Shown piece after piece: positions 60,993 to 64,000 of a stretch of DNA of 64,000 nt. The stretch is from a virus. Lineage: Duplodnaviria > Heunggongvirae > Uroviricota > Caudoviricetes. The first letter of the stretch is position 1, and each line of letters begins with the position of its first letter. Both the position numbers and the translations under genes were made by a program. Below the pieces are notes generated by a model. It did no database searches. It saw nothing but the letters and a program-made list of their open reading frames with translations, and had not been told where the DNA came from. The stretch is from IMG/VR virus record IMGVR_UViG_3300020034_000006, positions 1-64,000 of that record. One strand, given 5' to 3'.

Positions 60993-63931
60993 TATGAGAT
61001 CCTTGCGTCCGTCAGCACGCGCCGTTCCTCCAAGACACTTAGGAAGGCCTTGCCTGCGGCACGGGCCTTCCTGCGGGCGTCATCGATAGAGCCAGCTCCA
61101 TCGATGTTGATGTTGAAGTTCTCGATATGGACGGTCGTTCCCCCGCGCCCGCCACGGCCCTCCATGACGTCCCTCGTCGCATCGGCGGCATCCGCCGGCA
61201 GGACCATCTCCTTGCGATGCAACATCGCCGGGAAGTTGTCTGAAGGGACTTGGTAGAGCCCAGTGGCGAAGCTCGGAAGCAGACCGCCCATGCCGTACCA
61301 GTTGTGGGACCTCTTGAAGTTCCAGGCGGCGTTGGGGTTCCCATATCGGCTAGCGATATAGGCGAGCATGGCGAGGATCTGCGTCTGCGGATCGCTCGTC
61401 TTGCTGTAGCCGACACCGGCCCAGGTCGAGTTCAAGAACTGACCGATGCCGTAAGCCGTCGAGGTCGGGTTCTGGGCGTTGTTGTTCCAGCCCGACTCCG
61501 ACATCACCAGGGCGTCGAGGGCGTTCCACATGAACGCCCAGCCGCGGGCAGCATTGAGCTTCATGCCGAGGCGCCTGTTGGCCGCTGGGTTGCCACCAAG
61601 GCCAGCGCCCGTGCGCCCGACAGCGCCGCCGGGGCCAGCGCCGGCTGCTACCTCGGGGAAGCCACCATCAGCTCCCGTGATGACCTGCCACAACAGCTCT
61701 CGGAAGCCCTGGGCGATACCGCGAAGTCGCATTGCCTCGGGGACGGCGTTGAGCGCACCCTTAGCGGCTTCGTTGAAAGGCGAAAAGGCTGCCTTCAGTG
61801 CCCCACGAGAGAGGTCTTCGACAAACCCACCGGCCGCATCGATCGCACCCCTGATGCCATCTCCGACACTGTCGATGATCCCGCCGAACTGATAGCCAAT
61901 ACCGAGATCGCTAGCGAGCCCGGAGAACAGCGAGTTCGCCCGCCCTCGGAATCGAGGGTCGGTCGGGATGACGTATTCGGGATAACGCGGGTCGCCCTCG
62001 CCCACGATCGCCCGTGCTCCGTCCGTCTTGAACGGGCCACGCTTGGCGAGGTCGTAGGTGCCCATGGCGTGGTGGACCAGCGCTCCACCTTCGCCGGGGT
62101 TCTGCGCAGCGTTACTGCCACCACCGCCGATGAGGGGAATCGACGGGATCTTGGGGATAGCGACACCCGGGATCTTGTTGATCAGATCGATCACGGTGTT
62201 CATGCCGCTAATCAGGGAGTTGATGATGCGAATGATCGCGTTTACCGGCGTCTTCACGGCGCCGACGATCCCTCGCCAGATGGCGGCGGTATTTTCCTTG
62301 ATGCTGGCCCAGACGATGCTGATCCAATCAGCAAAGTCCGAGATCTTCGGCATGATGTGATCGGCCCAGTAGTTCGCTACCGGCTTGAGCACGTTGTCGC
62401 GAATCCAGTGCCACGATGACGAGAAGGCGACCTTCAGCGCATTCCAGATAACAACAGCGCCTCGCCAGAACGTTCGCAGCTTGGGCAGGATCAAGCCTTC
62501 CCAAACAACCGCAAAGGGCTTGATCACCCGATCACGAATCGCGTGCCAGCTAGCGAAAATAACCGCCTTGATCGCATTCCAAAGAAATGTGACTACCGCT
62601 CGCGCTATGCCGAACTGAATGCGCATGTATTGAACCGTCGCCTTGAGCCTCAAGACGATAAAGCGATAGATCAGATCCCAAACGAACTTGATTCGAGGCC
62701 AGATGATCTCATTCCACGTGAAGGTCGTTATCGTGACAATGGCCTTCCAGACTGACGAGATCACGCGCCAGATCTTCGGCCAGTTGGTGTCAAAGAACTT
62801 GATGAGCTGACGGACGATCGCGATGATGATGCCGGTCGAGATGATGAACGGAGCCAGCACGATTCCGAGTGCAACGCTGAAGATGACTTGAAGCACTCGC
62901 AGGAAAACTCGCAGCGGTCCTTCGACCGCGTGCCACACGCCCTTCCAGAATCGGGGGAACGTTTGGGTGAAGAAGCGGACGATCGGCATGACGAAGCCGC
63001 TATAGATGTCGTCCCAGAGGCGGACGAAGAAACGCCCCACAGCTTGAAGAGCATCAACGATCTCGGCTCGGAAGATGTAGATCGCTGCGACTACGGCGAT
63101 TACAGCAACGACGATGAGGAGCAACACGCCGACCGAGACTCCGAGGGCGGTGGCGAGGGCTTCAAGCACTGGAATGATGGCTGTGACGATGAAATAGCGG
63201 ACGGCGAAGAGGGCGAATCGCAGTTCGCCAAACACCATCGCCGCGAACTTGACGATTGCCACTAGCGGTGCGATGACCGTCGTGAAGATCTTGACCGCCT
63301 TTGAGCCCGCAATCATCACTAGAAGGAAGCCAGTGAGCGCAGACAGGAACTTGATCACCACCGGGTTGTCGAGTGCCTTCGCCATCTCGTCAAACGCGGG
63401 GCGAAGCTCGTCGCGAACAAGGCTCGACACCTCAACGAGGGCCGGCATGAACTTGGTCTCGAACCACGGGAAGAAGACGTCGACAAGCCAGATGGCAATC
63501 GGCTCGCCAAAGTCGATCATCAGAACGTTCAGGCGGTTCTTGATCAGGTCGATCTTCGACCGCAGCGACTCCATCTGGTTGTCGGCGACGCTTTGCGTCG
63601 CCCCACCCGCGTTACGCAGAGCCATCTCGTAGCCCTTGATGGCGCCGCTGCCGCCCATCAACTGCCGGATGACGTCACCCACGGACCGAGTGAGGCCGAG
63701 CTGTTCGAGCGTGACTGCACGCTCCTTGTCGCTCATGGGGCCGAGCGCTCCCTCGAACTCACCGACCACGTCGGCGAGGTTCTTGAGGTTGCCGGAGGCG
63801 TCGAAGACCTCAATTCCGAACTTGCGGAAGGCGCCCTTGAAGGTGGGGTTACCCGCAGCACGCGAGACGTCACGAATGAAGATGGCCAGGGACTCGCCAG
63901 CTCGGGAACCACGGATGCCCTGCTCGGCCAA
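60992..63931 (-). CDS. Tape measure protein with a C-terminal lytic-transglycosylase-like motif (N-terminus may extend beyond the listed ATG)
   Basis: 979 aa. Hydrophobic/TM-rich central region with multiple Trp-containing repeats (WHAIRDRVIKP / WHWIRDNVLKP). Motif SESGWNNNAQNPTSTAYGIGQFLNSTW typical of SLT-type lysozyme domains in tape measure proteins. Confidence 0.8.
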   Translation of the reverse strand: MAEQGIRGSRAGESLAIFIRDVSRAAGNPTFKGAFRKFGIEVFDASGNLKNLADVVGEFEGALGPMSDKERAVTLEQLGLTRSVGDVIRQLMGGSGAIKGYEMALRNAGGATQSVADNQMESLRSKIDLIKNRLNVLMIDFGEPIAIWLVDVFFPWFETKFMPALVEVSSLVRDELRPAFDEMAKALDNPVVIKFLSALTGFLLVMIAGSKAVKIFTTVIAPLVAIVKFAAMVFGELRFALFAVRYFIVTAIIPVLEALATALGVSVGVLLLIVVAVIAVVAAIYIFRAEIVDALQAVGRFFVRLWDDIYSGFVMPIVRFFTQTFPRFWKGVWHAVEGPLRVFLRVLQVIFSVALGIVLAPFIISTGIIIAIVRQLIKFFDTNWPKIWRVISSVWKAIVTITTFTWNEIIWPRIKFVWDLIYRFIVLRLKATVQYMRIQFGIARAVVTFLWNAIKAVIFASWHAIRDRVIKPFAVVWEGLILPKLRTFWRGAVVIWNALKVAFSSSWHWIRDNVLKPVANYWADHIMPKISDFADWISIVWASIKENTAAIWRGIVGAVKTPVNAIIRIINSLISGMNTVIDLINKIPGVAIPKIPSIPLIGGGGSNAAQNPGEGGALVHHAMGTYDLAKRGPFKTDGARAIVGEGDPRYPEYVIPTDPRFRGRANSLFSGLASDLGIGYQFGGIIDSVGDGIRGAIDAAGGFVEDLSRGALKAAFSPFNEAAKGALNAVPEAMRLRGIAQGFRELLWQVITGADGGFPEVAAGAGPGGAVGRTGAGLGGNPAANRRLGMKLNAARGWAFMWNALDALVMSESGWNNNAQNPTSTAYGIGQFLNSTWAGVGYSKTSDPQTQILAMLAYIASRYGNPNAAWNFKRSHNWYGMGGLLPSFATGLYQVPSDNFPAMLHRKEMVLPADAADATRDVMEGRGGRGGTTVHIENFNINIDGAGSIDDARRKARAAGKAFLSVLEERRVLTDARIS

Positions 63932-64000
63932 GTAGGCCAGAGAAGCAGCGCCTTCCTCGATGTCCTTGCCGACCGTCTTGAGGGCACCACCAGCCTTGTG

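Noticed and set aside
61250-62419. 389-aa plus-strand ORF inside the tape measure gene
   Set aside because: Antisense to a gene with strong tape-measure features. Arg/Asp-rich junk composition.
1-64000. Search for CRISPR arrays, rRNA, transposases/IS elements
   Set aside because: No regularly spaced direct repeats with unique spacers, no rRNA-like conserved stretches, and no DDE/transposase motifs were seen. The only recombinase is the serine integrase.

Overview
This 64 kb window, about 64-66% GC and almost entirely coding, reads as the left arm of a temperate, siphovirus-like actinobacteriophage or prophage infecting a high-GC Actinobacterium. It has four parts.

(1) Positions 500-22,400 are a long leftward (minus-strand) early/replication operon of roughly 50 mostly small genes, many Cys-rich zinc-ribbon-like. 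Recognisable products are an FtsK/SpoIIIE ATPase, a PrimPol-like primase-polymerase, a beta-class amino DNA methyltransferase, an SPFH/band-7 membrane protein, a Hjc-like PD-(D/E)XK nuclease and a RecB/Cas4-like exonuclease. The left-most ~8.7 kb has lower GC and its own repeated ~55 bp intergenic module.

(2) Positions 22,700-28,900 are an immunity region. A HicA-fold gene sits divergent from an XRE-type HTH repressor. Four copies of a palindromic operator (core CGATAC-N-GTATCG) are present. Two tRNA-Arg genes (CCU and UCU anticodons, reading rare AGG/AGA codons) bracket an operator-controlled gene. There is also a second HTH gene and several small membrane proteins.

(3) Positions 28,925-35,658 are a rightward, translationally coupled cassette of about 15 small unknown genes. 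It ends in a large serine integrase, followed by a 197-aa protein and a bidirectional terminator.

(4) Positions 35,800-64,000 are a leftward late operon. Read in transcription order it runs: tape measure protein with a lytic-transglycosylase motif, three large Gly-rich minor tail/fibre proteins, a lysis block (Amidase_2 endolysin plus two single-TM proteins), a metallophosphoesterase, a HAD-nucleotidase fusion, a seven-gene glycan-modification cassette (three to four GT2, one GT4-like, a sugar C-methyltransferase, an SDR epimerase/dehydratase and a 2OG-Fe(II) oxygenase), a 650-aa SGNH/GDSL hydrolase protein, and about 20 small genes punctuated by two terminator-promoter modules.

No CRISPR array, rRNA or transposase was seen. 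Function calls rest on motif recognition in the supplied translations; no database search was possible. Coordinates come from the ORF track and may be off by one.
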